A DNA stretch of 64,000 bases from Gaiellaceae bacterium. Its GTDB lineage: Bacteria; Actinomycetota; Thermoleophilia; Gaiellales; Gaiellaceae. The translations under genes were made by a program, and so were the position numbers. The DNA lies in assembly GCA_035518115.1 (NCBI GenBank), contig DATIXY010000084.1, positions 1,865 through 65,864 of the forward strand. The letters run 5' to 3'. The notes under the pieces were generated by a model. That model ran no database searches, had not been told where the DNA came from, and worked only from the letters and a program-made list of their open reading frames with translations. Below, in pieces: positions 25,945 to 35,059 of the stretch. The stretch's first letter is position 1, and each line of letters starts with the position of its first letter.

Positions 25945-27110
25945 GTGCGCGCGACCTCGGCGCGACGGTTGACGAACACGCTCTCGCGCGCGACCTCGAC
26001 GCCGGTCGCGAGCGCGCCGGCGAGGACCGCGCCGTCCGCGAGCGCCGACACCTCCACCCGCGGCGGGAACGGGAGCCAGTCGACGAGCAGCTGCCGGATC
26101 GGCTCCAGCAGCAGGTCGCCGTTCGAGCCGATCCCGCCGCCGAGAACGACGAGCGAGACGTCGACCGCGGTCGCGACCGGGAGGACATGCACGGCGATCC
26201 GCCGCGCGGTCTCCTCGACGACGGCCCGGGCGACGTCGTCGCCGGCCCGCGCTGCGGCGAAGATCGCCCGCGTCCCGTACGGCGCCTCGAGCGTCGTCGC
26301 CGACGACGCGGCCAGGCACTGCGCGAAGCCCGAGATCGCAGCGGCACACGGGTCGTCCTGCTCGTCGCGGCCGCCACGGGCGTAGTCGAGCTCGCCCGCC
26401 GCCCCGTTGCGGCCGCGGTGGAGCCTCCCGTCGAGGACGAGGCCGGCGCCGAGCCCACTGCCCACGGACACGAACGCGAAATCGTCGACGCCGCGCGCGA
26501 CCCCGCGGGCGTGCTCGCCGAGCGCAGCGAGGTTGACGTCGTTCTCCAGCGTCACGGGAACGCCGAGCTGCGCTTCGAGATCGGCGGCGAGCGACCGCTC
26601 GCCGAGCCCGGGAACGTCGCCCGCCAGCCGCACGAACGGCGACTCGGCCGAGACCACTCCCGGGACGCCGACCACCGCGCAGTCGACGAGGCCCCCGTCG
26701 AGCCCGCTCGCCCGCTCGAGGGCAGCGCGGAGCCCATGCGCGGCGTCGACCACCGCGTCCACGTGCAGGCCCCCGATCTCGACGTCCTGGCGGGCCCGCA
26801 CCTCGCCTCTGAGATCCGAGAGGCCGCCGCGCAAAAATCGCACGCCGAGGTCGAAGCCGAGGACGAGCGCGGCCTCCGGGACCGGCTCGAAGAACACGGC
26901 GCCGTAGCTCGGCCCGTCGTCGGCCGCCGACGCCTCGCGGACGAGACCGGCGTCGAGGAGTGCCCTGAGCGCGAGCGACACGGTCGGCTTCGAGATCCCC
27001 GCGCGGCGCGAGATCTGCGCGCGCGAGATCGGCGCCGACCGGCGGATCGCCTCGAGCACGGTCCGCTCGTTCAGGTCGCGGAGGAGGGCCGGGACCGCTC
27101 GCGTCGTCAC
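25941..27110 (-). CDS. ROK family transcriptional regulator
   Basis: The GTG at 27110 gives VTTRAVPALLRDLNERTVLEAIRRSAPISRAQISRRAGISKPTVSLALRAL (wHTH) followed by a ROK sugar-kinase-like fold. The upstream part of the track ORF overlaps the divergent gene. Confidence 0.85.
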   Translation of the reverse strand: MTTRAVPALLRDLNERTVLEAIRRSAPISRAQISRRAGISKPTVSLALRALLDAGLVREASAADDGPSYGAVFFEPVPEAALVLGFDLGVRFLRGGLSDLRGEVRARQDVEIGGLHVDAVVDAAHGLRAALERASGLDGGLVDCAVVGVPGVVSAESPFVRLAGDVPGLGERSLAADLEAQLGVPVTLENDVNLAALGEHARGVARGVDDFAFVSVGSGLGAGLVLDGRLHRGRNGAAGELDYARGGRDEQDDPCAAAISGFAQCLAASSATTLEAPYGTRAIFAAARAGDDVARAVVEETARRIAVHVLPVATAVDVSLVVLGGGIGSNGDLLLEPIRQLLVDWLPFPPRVEVSALADGAVLAGALATGVEVARESVFVNRRAEVART

Positions 27111-27132
27111 TTCGTAAGTAAGATTAACCAGA
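27111..27132. promoter_or_regulatory. 22-bp AT-rich divergent control region (back-to-back leaderless promoters / ROK operator candidate)
   Basis: TTCGTAAGTAAGATTAACCAGA is the entire spacer between the two start codons. TAAGAT (27119-24) ends 8 nt before the ATG at 27133. On the other strand TAATCT lies 10 nt before the GTG at 27110. Confidence 0.4.
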
Positions 27133-28368
27133 ATGCTGAAGGTCGCCGTGATCGGAGGCGGGTCGACGTACACCCCGGAGCTCGTCTCCGGGCTCACACA
27201 CCTGCCGGTGGTCGAGCTCGCGCTCCACGACATCTCCCGCGAGCGGCGGGAGGTGGTGGGCGCCATGGCGGCGCGGATGCTCGAGCGGCAGGGCTACCGG
27301 GGCGCGCTCACGCTCACCGACGACCTCGACCGCGCGGTCGACGGCGCCGACTTCGTGCTGATCCAGATCCGCGTCGGCGGCCAGGAGGCGAGGCTGCACG
27401 ACGAGACGATCCCGCTCGCCTGCGGCTGCATCGGGCAGGAGACGACCGGCGCCGGCGGCTTCGCCAAGGCGATGCGCACCGTTCCCGTCGTGCTCGGGAT
27501 CGCGGAGCGGGTGCGCGCCGGCGCCGCGCCGGGCGCCTGGATCGTCGATTTCACGAATCCGGTCGGGATCGTCACGCGGGCGCTCCTCGATGCCGGTCAT
27601 CGCGCGATCGGGCTCTGCAACGTGGCCATCGGGTTCCAGCGCACGTTCGCAGGCCTGCTCGGCGTCGAGCCCTCGCGGGTCGTCGTCGACCAGGTCGGCC
27701 TGAACCATCTGACGTGGGTGCGCGGCGTGCTGCTCGACGGCGTCGACATCCTGCCTTCGCTGCTCGAGGAGCACGGCGACGCGCTCGCCGACGACGTCGA
27801 GCTGCCGCGCCGCCTCCTCGACGAGCTCGGCGCAGTTCCCTCCTACTACCTCCGCTACTTCTACGCGCACGACGCGGTGCTGCGCGAGCAGCTGGACGGC
27901 ACGCCCCGGGCAGAGGTCGTCGGGCGCATCGAGCACGAGCTGCTCGACCTCTACCGCGACCCGACCGTCGTCGAGCGGCCGGCACTGCTGATGCAGCGCG
28001 GGGGCGCCTACTACAGCGAGGCGGCGCTCGGGCTCGTCGCGTCTCTGTCCAGCGGCGACGACGACGCGGTGCACGAGGTGGACATCCGCAACAGCGGGAC
28101 GCTGCCCGGGCTCGCCGACGACGACGTGGTCGAGGTGCCTGCGCGTGTGGGACGCGACGGAGCGGTCGCGCTCGCCCAGCGCCCACTTGCACCGGAGCTG
28201 CTCGGCCTCGTCCAGCACGTCGCGGCGTACGAGCGGCTGACGGCACGAGCCGCCGTGACCCGGTCACCGGTCGAGGCGCGGAAGGCGCTGCTCGCGCATC
28301 CGCTGATCGGGCAGATCGAGCTCGTGGACGGCCTGCTCGACAGCCTTCTCGCCGAGGCAGTCCACTGA
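27133..28368 (+). CDS. 6-phospho-beta-glucosidase, glycoside hydrolase family 4
   Basis: MLKVAVIGGGSTYTPELVSGL... is the NAD-binding N-terminus typical of GH4 CelF/ChbF/LicH enzymes. 411 aa. Confidence 0.9.
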   Translation: MLKVAVIGGGSTYTPELVSGLTHLPVVELALHDISRERREVVGAMAARMLERQGYRGALTLTDDLDRAVDGADFVLIQIRVGGQEARLHDETIPLACGCIGQETTGAGGFAKAMRTVPVVLGIAERVRAGAAPGAWIVDFTNPVGIVTRALLDAGHRAIGLCNVAIGFQRTFAGLLGVEPSRVVVDQVGLNHLTWVRGVLLDGVDILPSLLEEHGDALADDVELPRRLLDELGAVPSYYLRYFYAHDAVLREQLDGTPRAEVVGRIEHELLDLYRDPTVVERPALLMQRGGAYYSEAALGLVASLSSGDDDAVHEVDIRNSGTLPGLADDDVVEVPARVGRDGAVALAQRPLAPELLGLVQHVAAYERLTARAAVTRSPVEARKALLAHPLIGQIELVDGLLDSLLAEAVH

Positions 28369-29360
28369 CCGTCGTCCTCGCGGCCGACGGCGGCAGCTCG
28401 AAGACGCACGTCGCACGCGTGCGCGACGACGGCATGCTGCTCGGCTTCGCTCACGGGCCGCGCAGCTCCGTCGACCGGCTCGGGCTGAACGGCAGCCTCG
28501 ACGTGCTCGCCCGCCTGATCGAGGAGGCCGGCGGCGGCGCCGACCTCGCGGTGCTCCTGCTCGCGGGGATCGACGTCCCCGAGGAGGAGGACGAGCTTCG
28601 CGCAGCCGCCGAGGCGCGCGGCTGGGCGCCCCGCATCGTTGCCGGCAACGACACCTTCGCCGTCCTGCGCGCGGGGTCGGAGACCGGCATCGGCGTCGCC
28701 GTCACCTGCGGGACCGGCGTGAACTGCGTCGGTGTCGCGCCCGACGGCCGCCACGTGCGCTACGCCTCGCTCGGCACGATCAGCGGCGACTGGGGCGGCG
28801 GCCGCGACATCGGCCTGGCGGCGCTCTTCGCCGCTGCGAGAAGCGAGGACGGGCGCGGGCCGCGCACAGTGCTCGAGCAGCTCGTGCCGGCGCACTTCGC
28901 GGTCGAAACGCCGTCGGAGCTCGCACGCCTGATCCATCTCGATGAGATCCCTCAGAACCGCGTCGCCGAGCTCAGCCCGCTGACGCTGGCCGCGGCGGCC
29001 GGCGACGAGGTGGCCCGCGAGATCGTCGACCGCCAGGCGGCCGAGGTCGTGACGATGGCGGTCGCAGCGCTCGAACGGCTCGGGCTGACGGGCGAGCGGG
29101 CCGACGTCGTGCTCGGCGGCGGCGTGCTCCAGTCGGGCAACGAGCGGCTCCTGCGCGGCGTCGAGGCCGGACTGCGCGCGGCCGGCCCGCACCTGTGCAT
29201 GCGGGTCGCGAGCTCACCGCCGATCGTCGGGGCCGCCCTCCTCGCCCTCGACGAGCTCTCCGCAGGCCCCGAGCCGCAGGCCCGGCTGCGAGCGGAGATC
29301 GGAGCGGCGGTGAGGTGTCAGGCCGACGCGGCGCTCGCGACGTCCGGCTCGGCGACGTGA
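28365..29360 (+). CDS. BadF/BadG/BcrA/BcrD-type ATPase (N-acetylglucosamine kinase-like sugar kinase)
   Basis: This is the tail of spurious 1183-aa track ORF 25809-29360. The real protein begins LTVVLAADGGSSKTHVA (phosphate-1 motif DGGxSKT), then GNDT and GTGVN... There is no ATG, GTG or TTG upstream of the DGG motif. An in-frame CTG at 28365 overlaps the GH4 stop (CTGA). Confidence 0.75.
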   Translation: MTVVLAADGGSSKTHVARVRDDGMLLGFAHGPRSSVDRLGLNGSLDVLARLIEEAGGGADLAVLLLAGIDVPEEEDELRAAAEARGWAPRIVAGNDTFAVLRAGSETGIGVAVTCGTGVNCVGVAPDGRHVRYASLGTISGDWGGGRDIGLAALFAAARSEDGRGPRTVLEQLVPAHFAVETPSELARLIHLDEIPQNRVAELSPLTLAAAAGDEVAREIVDRQAAEVVTMAVAALERLGLTGERADVVLGGGVLQSGNERLLRGVEAGLRAAGPHLCMRVASSPPIVGAALLALDELSAGPEPQARLRAEIGAAVRCQADAALATSGSAT

Positions 29361-30316
29361 CAGGCGACGCGGCGGCCGGGCCCGATCTCGCGTAGCAGCG
29401 GTGTCAGCCCTTCGCAGGCGACGACCCGGTGCGGGCAGCGCTGCCGGAAGCGGCATCCCGGAGTCGGGTTGACCACGCGCGGCGGCTCGCCGACGTCGAT
29501 CGTGTCGGCCAGCCCGAGCTTCGCCTTCGGATCGGGCACGGCCGAGAGCAACAGCTGCGTGTACGGATGCTTCGGCCGCTGCAGCACGTCCTCGGTCGGC
29601 CCTTCCTCGACGAGGTGCCCGGCGTACATGACGAGCACGCGGTCGGCGATGTAGCGGGCGCTCGCGACGTCGTGCGTGATGTAGAGGAACGACACGCCCT
29701 CGCGCTCGCGAAGCTCGGTCATCAGGTTGAGGATCCCGACGCGGATCGAGACGTCGAGCATCGACACCGGCTCGTCGGCGACGATCAGCTTCGGACGCAG
29801 GCCGAGCGCCTGCGCGAACCCGATCCGCTGGCGCTGCCCGCCGCTCAGCTCGTACGGGTACTTCTGCACGACGTCCTGCGCGGGGACGAGCCCGACGGTG
29901 CCGAGCACGTGCTCGAGCTCTTCGCGGCGGCCGCGGCGGCCGAGCTTGGTGCGATGCAGCTTGAGGCCGCGCATGATCCCGTGGGAGACGCGGTACGCAG
30001 GGTTGATCGAGCTGTACGGATCCTGGAACACCATCGGAACCTCGCCGCTGTAGGCGAGGCGCTCCTTGCGCGAGCGCAGCCTGCTCACGGGCTTGCCCCT
30101 GAAGTAGATCTCGCCCTTCGTCGGCCGGTAGATGAGCGCGAGCAGTCGCGCGATCGTGCTCTTGCCGCTTCCGCTCTCGCCGACGAGCGCGACGATCTCC
30201 CCCTCGCCGATCGTGAGATCCACGTCGTCGACCGCGTGCAGCGTCTGACGCGACATCAGCGGCCCGACCTTGAAGTGCCGCGTCAGGCCCTCGGTGCGCA
30301 GGAGCGGTTCGCTCAT
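29318..30316 (-). CDS. oligopeptide/dipeptide-type ABC transporter ATP-binding protein (OppF/DppF-like)
   Basis: The ATG at 30316 (ATGA overlap) gives MSEPLLRTEGLTRHF...GESGSGKST...LSGGQRQR...DEPVSMLD and a C-terminal oligo_HPY region (HPYTQLLLSAVP). Confidence 0.9.
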   Translation of the reverse strand: MSEPLLRTEGLTRHFKVGPLMSRQTLHAVDDVDLTIGEGEIVALVGESGSGKSTIARLLALIYRPTKGEIYFRGKPVSRLRSRKERLAYSGEVPMVFQDPYSSINPAYRVSHGIMRGLKLHRTKLGRRGRREELEHVLGTVGLVPAQDVVQKYPYELSGGQRQRIGFAQALGLRPKLIVADEPVSMLDVSIRVGILNLMTELREREGVSFLYITHDVASARYIADRVLVMYAGHLVEEGPTEDVLQRPKHPYTQLLLSAVPDPKAKLGLADTIDVGEPPRVVNPTPGCRFRQRCPHRVVACEGLTPLLREIGPGRRVACHVAEPDVASAASA

Positions 30317-32259
30317 GCGACATCGCGCTGTTCGTATCTCACGCAGCGGACGAGGGAGCCGTCGACAGGGTAGAGCGGCGGGCTCGCGGCCAGGCACGCG
30401 TCGGTCGCGACCGGGCAGCGCGGCTGGAACCGGCAGCCGGCGGGCGGGCGCGCGAGATCGGGCGGCGAGCCGGGGATGCCGAGCAGCGGCACCTTCGGGC
30501 CGCGGACCGACGGAAACGCTTCGAGCAGCCCGCCCGAGTAGGGATGGAGCGGCGCATCGAACAGCTGCCGCGTCTCCCCGAGCTCGACCACCTGGCCGGC
30601 GTACATGACCATCAGCCGGTCCGAGAAGTGGCTGACGAGCGACATGTCGTGGGTGACGAACACGACGGCGAACCCGAGCCGCTTCTGCAGCTCCTTGATC
30701 TGCACCATCAGCGAGCGCTGGGCGACGACGTCGAGCGCCGACGTCGGCTCGTCCATGATGATCAGCTCCGGCGAGAACAGCAGCGCCATCGCGATCATCG
30801 CCCGCTGCCGCATCCCGCCCGACAGCTGATGCGGATAGCTGTGAAGGTGAATCGGGTCGATCGAGACGAGCCGCAGCACCTCTTTCGAGCGAGCCGTGAT
30901 CTCGGCCGACGTCATGTCGGAGTGCGCCTTGCAGGCGTCGCGCATCTGTGCGCCGACGGTGAGCACCGGGTTCAGCGCGTTCATCGCGCTCTGCATCACG
31001 ACGGAGAGCTCGCTCCAGCGGATGCTGCGCAGCTCGCTCTCGCCGAGCGCGACGAGATCGCGGCCGTGGAAGCGGACGCTGCCGCCGGTGATCTCCGCCG
31101 GCGGGTTGAGCAGCCGGGAGATCGCATAGAGGAGCGTCGACTTCCCGCATCCGGACTCGCCGACGATCGCGAGGAACTCTCCTCGCGCGAGCTGCAGGTC
31201 GACGTGGTCCACGGCGACCACCGGTTCGGTGCCTGTCGCGTAGGCGACCGAGAGGTCGGCCACCTCCAGGATCGTGTCGGGATCGGTCGCGGCCGCCGCG
31301 GGCTCGAGCGGCGCGACGGCCGCCGGCCGGATGCGGCGAACGGGGCGCAGCGCAGGGTTGCTGATCTCGTCGAACGCGTAGTTGAGCAGCGCGAAGGCGG
31401 CGCCGAGCAGCGCAACGCAGACGCCCGGCATGATCGCCCACAGCGGCATGCCCGCCCCGAGCGCCTCGTTGTTCTCGGCCCAGTAGAGCATCGTCCCCCA
31501 GCTCTGGCTGTTCGGGTCGCCGAGGCCGATGAACTGCAGGCCCGCCGCGGTGAGGACCGCGTAGACGGCGGCGCCGAGGAACGCCGCCACGATCAGCGAC
31601 GTCATCGTCGGCAGGATCTCGAAGAGGATGATGTAGGACCGCCGTTCGCCGCGCACTCGTGCGGCCTCGAGGAAGTCGCGCATGCGCATCGAGAGCGTCT
31701 GCGACCGCAGCTGCCGGGCACCGTACGACCAGCCGAGCGCGCCGAGCACGATCACGAGCGTCGCGAAGCCGGCGTTCTTCTGGTACGCCGCGATCACGAT
31801 CACGAGTGGAAAGATCGGGATCACGAGGATCACATCCGTGACCAGTGACAGCACGCCGTCGGTCGTGCCGCCGATGTAGGCGGCGGTGACGCCGATCAGC
31901 ACGGCGAGGAGAGTCGCGAGCCCGCCCACCGCGAACGCGATCAGCAGCGACTGCCGTGTACCCCAGACGATCTGCGAGAACACGTCCTGGCCGTACGCGG
32001 TCGTGCCGAGCAGATGGTGCGACGAGGCGCCGAGCCCCGGCTGGAAGATCTCGGCCGCCGGATCGTCCGGTGCGATCTGCCCGGGGAAGACCGCGAGGAC
32101 GACGAACACGAGCAGGAGGACGAGGCCGGCGAGCGCCTTCCGGTTGTGCGCGACGGCGCGCCAGAGGGTCGACCCGCTGCGGCGCCGCGCGCGCGCCGGG
32201 GGCTCGACGCCGTCCGCAGGGACGGCAGGTGGCGTGACAGCGACGGACGGGGTGCTCAG
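30313..32259 (-). CDS. fused ABC transporter permease/ATP-binding protein (DppC-like TMD + DppD-like NBD)
   Basis: One frame with no stop covers a BPD permease (..AAYIGGTTDGVLSLVTDVILVIPIFPL..EAARVRGERR..LNYAFDEISNPALR), a linker (PVRRIRPAAVAPLEPAAAATDPD) and a full NBD (GESGCGKST, LSGGMRQR, DEPTSALD, HPYSGGLL). The only plausible start is the CTG at 32259, which overlaps the upstream stop (CTGA). Confidence 0.8.
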   Translation of the reverse strand: MSTPSVAVTPPAVPADGVEPPARARRRSGSTLWRAVAHNRKALAGLVLLLVFVVLAVFPGQIAPDDPAAEIFQPGLGASSHHLLGTTAYGQDVFSQIVWGTRQSLLIAFAVGGLATLLAVLIGVTAAYIGGTTDGVLSLVTDVILVIPIFPLVIVIAAYQKNAGFATLVIVLGALGWSYGARQLRSQTLSMRMRDFLEAARVRGERRSYIILFEILPTMTSLIVAAFLGAAVYAVLTAAGLQFIGLGDPNSQSWGTMLYWAENNEALGAGMPLWAIMPGVCVALLGAAFALLNYAFDEISNPALRPVRRIRPAAVAPLEPAAAATDPDTILEVADLSVAYATGTEPVVAVDHVDLQLARGEFLAIVGESGCGKSTLLYAISRLLNPPAEITGGSVRFHGRDLVALGESELRSIRWSELSVVMQSAMNALNPVLTVGAQMRDACKAHSDMTSAEITARSKEVLRLVSIDPIHLHSYPHQLSGGMRQRAMIAMALLFSPELIIMDEPTSALDVVAQRSLMVQIKELQKRLGFAVVFVTHDMSLVSHFSDRLMVMYAGQVVELGETRQLFDAPLHPYSGGLLEAFPSVRGPKVPLLGIPGSPPDLARPPAGCRFQPRCPVATDACLAASPPLYPVDGSLVRCVRYEQRDVA

Positions 32260-33239
32260 CGCCGGTCCCGCGTCCGTGGGTCGAGGATCGCCGTCGCCGC
32301 GTCCGCCACGAGGATCGCGAACAGGACGGTGACGATGATCATCAGGAAGAGGCCCTGCATGAGCGCGTAGTCCTGGTTCTCGACCGACTGCAGGAACATC
32401 CACCCCACCCCGGGGTAGTTGAAGACGAACTCGACGAGGATCGCGCCGCTGACCACGAACCCGAGCGACATCGCGAATCCGGTGAGGTTGGGGAGGATCG
32501 CGTTGCGGCCGGCGTACGTCCACATCACGCGCCACGGGCTGAGCCCTTTCGCACGGGCCATGCGCACGTAGTCCTCGGCGAGGACCGTGATCATGTTGTT
32601 GCGCATGGTGAGGATCCACGCGCCGATCGACGTGACCAGGATCGTGAACGCCGGAAGCAGCGAATGGCGGACCGCGTCCTCGGTGAACCCCCACGTCCAG
32701 CCGACGTTGTCGGTGACGTTGTACCCGCCGCTCTCGGGGAACCAGCGGAGCTTGATCGCAAACAGCCAGATCACGATCAACGCCAGCCAGAAGTACGGGA
32801 AGGCAGAGATGATCACGAACACCGGCGGGAGGACCCCGTCGACGATCCCGCCGCGCCGCCAGCCGGCGACCAGGCCGATCAGCGTGCCGAGGACGAACGC
32901 GAGGATCGTCGTCACGCCGACGAGGACGAGCGTCCACGGCAGCGCCTGCAGCACCTCGTGCGTCACCGCCTCCGGGAAGAAGGTCAGCGACGTGCCGAAG
33001 CGGCCCGTGAAGATGTCGCCGAGGTACGTGAAGTACGCGCTCACCAGGCTCTGGTGCGTGTTGACCCCGAAGGCGACCTCGAGCGCGTGCAGCGCCTGCG
33101 GGTTCACGTGACCCTTGTACCTCGCCATCATCGCGAGGGCGGGGTTGCCCGGCATGAGGCGCGGGATCAGAAAGTTGATCGTGATCGCCGCCCAGAGGGT
33201 GACGACGAAGAATCCGATTCTCCGAACGACGAACCTCAT
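32256..33239 (-). CDS. ABC transporter permease (DppB/OppB-like)
   Basis: 327 aa beginning MRFVVRRIGFFVVTLWAAITINFLIPRLMPGNP, with an EAA-like loop (EDYVRMARAKGLS). Confidence 0.9.
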   Translation of the reverse strand: MRFVVRRIGFFVVTLWAAITINFLIPRLMPGNPALAMMARYKGHVNPQALHALEVAFGVNTHQSLVSAYFTYLGDIFTGRFGTSLTFFPEAVTHEVLQALPWTLVLVGVTTILAFVLGTLIGLVAGWRRGGIVDGVLPPVFVIISAFPYFWLALIVIWLFAIKLRWFPESGGYNVTDNVGWTWGFTEDAVRHSLLPAFTILVTSIGAWILTMRNNMITVLAEDYVRMARAKGLSPWRVMWTYAGRNAILPNLTGFAMSLGFVVSGAILVEFVFNYPGVGWMFLQSVENQDYALMQGLFLMIIVTVLFAILVADAATAILDPRTRDRR

Positions 33240-33275
33240 GATCCGCGCCTCATGCCGGGCTCCGGTTGCTCGAGG

Positions 33276-34937
33276 CTACCCCTTGGGCCTCAGGTGTAGC
33301 AGCACCACGCCGATGTCGGGGAGGGCGTAGGCCGCGGGCGCGGCATACGGGTTCGACGGCGTCACCCAGCCCGTGATGTTGGTCGTGTCGTACTGGTACC
33401 AGTCGACCTCCTCGGTGATCGGGATCACCGGCACGTCGTCGACCATCGCCTGCTCCAGCTGGTCGACGATCGCGTGCTGCTTCGCCGTGTCGGTCGTTGC
33501 GCCGTAGGAGTCGATCGCCGAATCGATCTTCGCGTTCGAGTAGCGCTCCCAGTTCGACGCTGCGGACTTGCCGATCGGCGCGGAGTTCTTCGAGTAGAGG
33601 ATCTGGCGCAGCTCGTAGTACGGCGCCGGGCCTCCGGTCTCCGCGTTGTAGGCCAGCTGGTACTTGCCGTTGTACAGGTCGGCGTCGAACGTCGTGCTCG
33701 AGAGGTTCTCGGACGTGAGCTTGATGCCGACCGCCTTCAGCTCGCTCTGGATCACCTGCACCGACGCGACCCAGTCCGAGTAGCCGCCGATGTTGATGAT
33801 CGTGAACGCGAGGGGCTTCCCGGAGGGCGTGTGGAAGACGCCGCCGGACTCGGTGAAGCCCGCCGCCTTGAGGGTCGAGATCGCTTTCGCCGGGTTGTAC
33901 GAGTACGCGTTCGCGAGACCCGGCTTGACCCAGCTCTTGAAGGTCGGGCTGACGACGCCGGTCTGGTTGGCCGGCGGCTCGTAGCCGTACTCGCCGATCT
34001 GCGACACGCGCGAGCGGTCGATCGCGTACGCGAGCGCCTTCCGCACGGCGACGTTGGAGAGGATCGGATCCTCGAGGTTGATGAACATCGAGACGTTCGC
34101 AACCGGCGCGAACCAGATGTGGTGGTTCGGGCTCTTCGAGAGGTAGTAGTTCTTGATGTTCGGGATGAACTGGCTTCCCCACTGCGCCTCGCCGCTGGCG
34201 AGCTCCTGGTTCGCCGGGTCGTTCGACGTGAACGACGGGTAGTAGACGGTGTCGATCTTCGGCAGGCCCTTCTGCCAGTAGCTCGGGTTCTTCGAGTACT
34301 TGACGACCTGCGGCGAGCAGCTGGCCATCGTGTAGGGGCCGCTGCCGACCGGGCTCGGGTCGTTGTAGGTGACCGGGTTCGCGATCTTCGACCAGATGTG
34401 CTCGGGGACGATCGGGGTCTGGTCGGCGATGTAATAGAAGTACGGGACGGCGGACGTCTTGAAGTTGAAGACGACCTTGTTCCCCTTCTGGGTGACGCTC
34501 GAGAGCACCGACCAGACGGCGTTGAGATCGAGGCCGGGGTGCGCCTTCAGGAGCTTGAACGTGAAGGCGACGTCGGCGGCCGTGAGCGGCCGGCCGTCGG
34601 TCCACTTCACTCCCGGGCGGATCGTGAAGGTCAGCGTCCGGTTGCCGTTGCTCCACGTGTATGCGGAGGCGAGCCACGGGGTCGCGGCGCCGCTCTTCAG
34701 GCCGTTGACGAAGACGAGCTCCTCGTAGACGGTGCCGACCGAGAGGATGTTCACCGACGGGTTGTAGGGGTTGAACCCGCAGGTCCAGGTGGTGCCGCTC
34801 TCGTTCGAGATCGTCACCGAAGATCCTGAGGCGGCGGTCGTCCGGGGGCGGGCGCCACTGCCGGAAGCGGCGAGGAACGCCGCCACCGCCACCACGACGC
34901 CGACCAGCAGCAAACCGGGCATCACGCGTTTCATCAT
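33276..34937 (-). CDS. ABC transporter substrate-binding protein, family 5 (peptide/nickel/oligosaccharide-binding)
   Basis: The ATG at 34937 is preceded by GGGGAGGAA. MMKRVMPGLLLVGVVVAVAAFLAASG is a signal peptide. The rest is an SBP_bac_5-like sequence (FTIRPGVKWTDGRPLTAADVAFTF). Confidence 0.9.
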   Translation of the reverse strand: MMKRVMPGLLLVGVVVAVAAFLAASGSGARPRTTAASGSSVTISNESGTTWTCGFNPYNPSVNILSVGTVYEELVFVNGLKSGAATPWLASAYTWSNGNRTLTFTIRPGVKWTDGRPLTAADVAFTFKLLKAHPGLDLNAVWSVLSSVTQKGNKVVFNFKTSAVPYFYYIADQTPIVPEHIWSKIANPVTYNDPSPVGSGPYTMASCSPQVVKYSKNPSYWQKGLPKIDTVYYPSFTSNDPANQELASGEAQWGSQFIPNIKNYYLSKSPNHHIWFAPVANVSMFINLEDPILSNVAVRKALAYAIDRSRVSQIGEYGYEPPANQTGVVSPTFKSWVKPGLANAYSYNPAKAISTLKAAGFTESGGVFHTPSGKPLAFTIINIGGYSDWVASVQVIQSELKAVGIKLTSENLSSTTFDADLYNGKYQLAYNAETGGPAPYYELRQILYSKNSAPIGKSAASNWERYSNAKIDSAIDSYGATTDTAKQHAIVDQLEQAMVDDVPVIPITEEVDWYQYDTTNITGWVTPSNPYAAPAAYALPDIGVVLLHLRPKG

Positions 34938-35059
34938 CGATTCCTCCCCGGTCGTTCGCCGACCGGCTTCGTGTTGTGGGGTGCCGCCGGACGCACGCAC
35001 GTCCGGGTCCTGCAAGGGGCGATCGCCTGCTCCGGTGCTGGTCTCGTCCACACCACCAC

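Noticed and set aside
25809-28364. N-terminal 2.5 kb of the 1183-aa plus-strand ORF 25809-29360
   Set aside because: Only the last 331 codons (from 28365) look like a real protein, the BadF-type kinase. The upstream part is antisense to the ROK regulator and out of frame with the GH4 gene.
34987-35006. Hairpin CCGGACG-CACGCA-CGTCCGG between the ROK kinase stop and the SBP start
   Set aside because: It has a 7-bp GC stem but no U-tract on the transcribed (minus) strand. It may be an attenuator or processing site, but the evidence is too weak for a terminator call.
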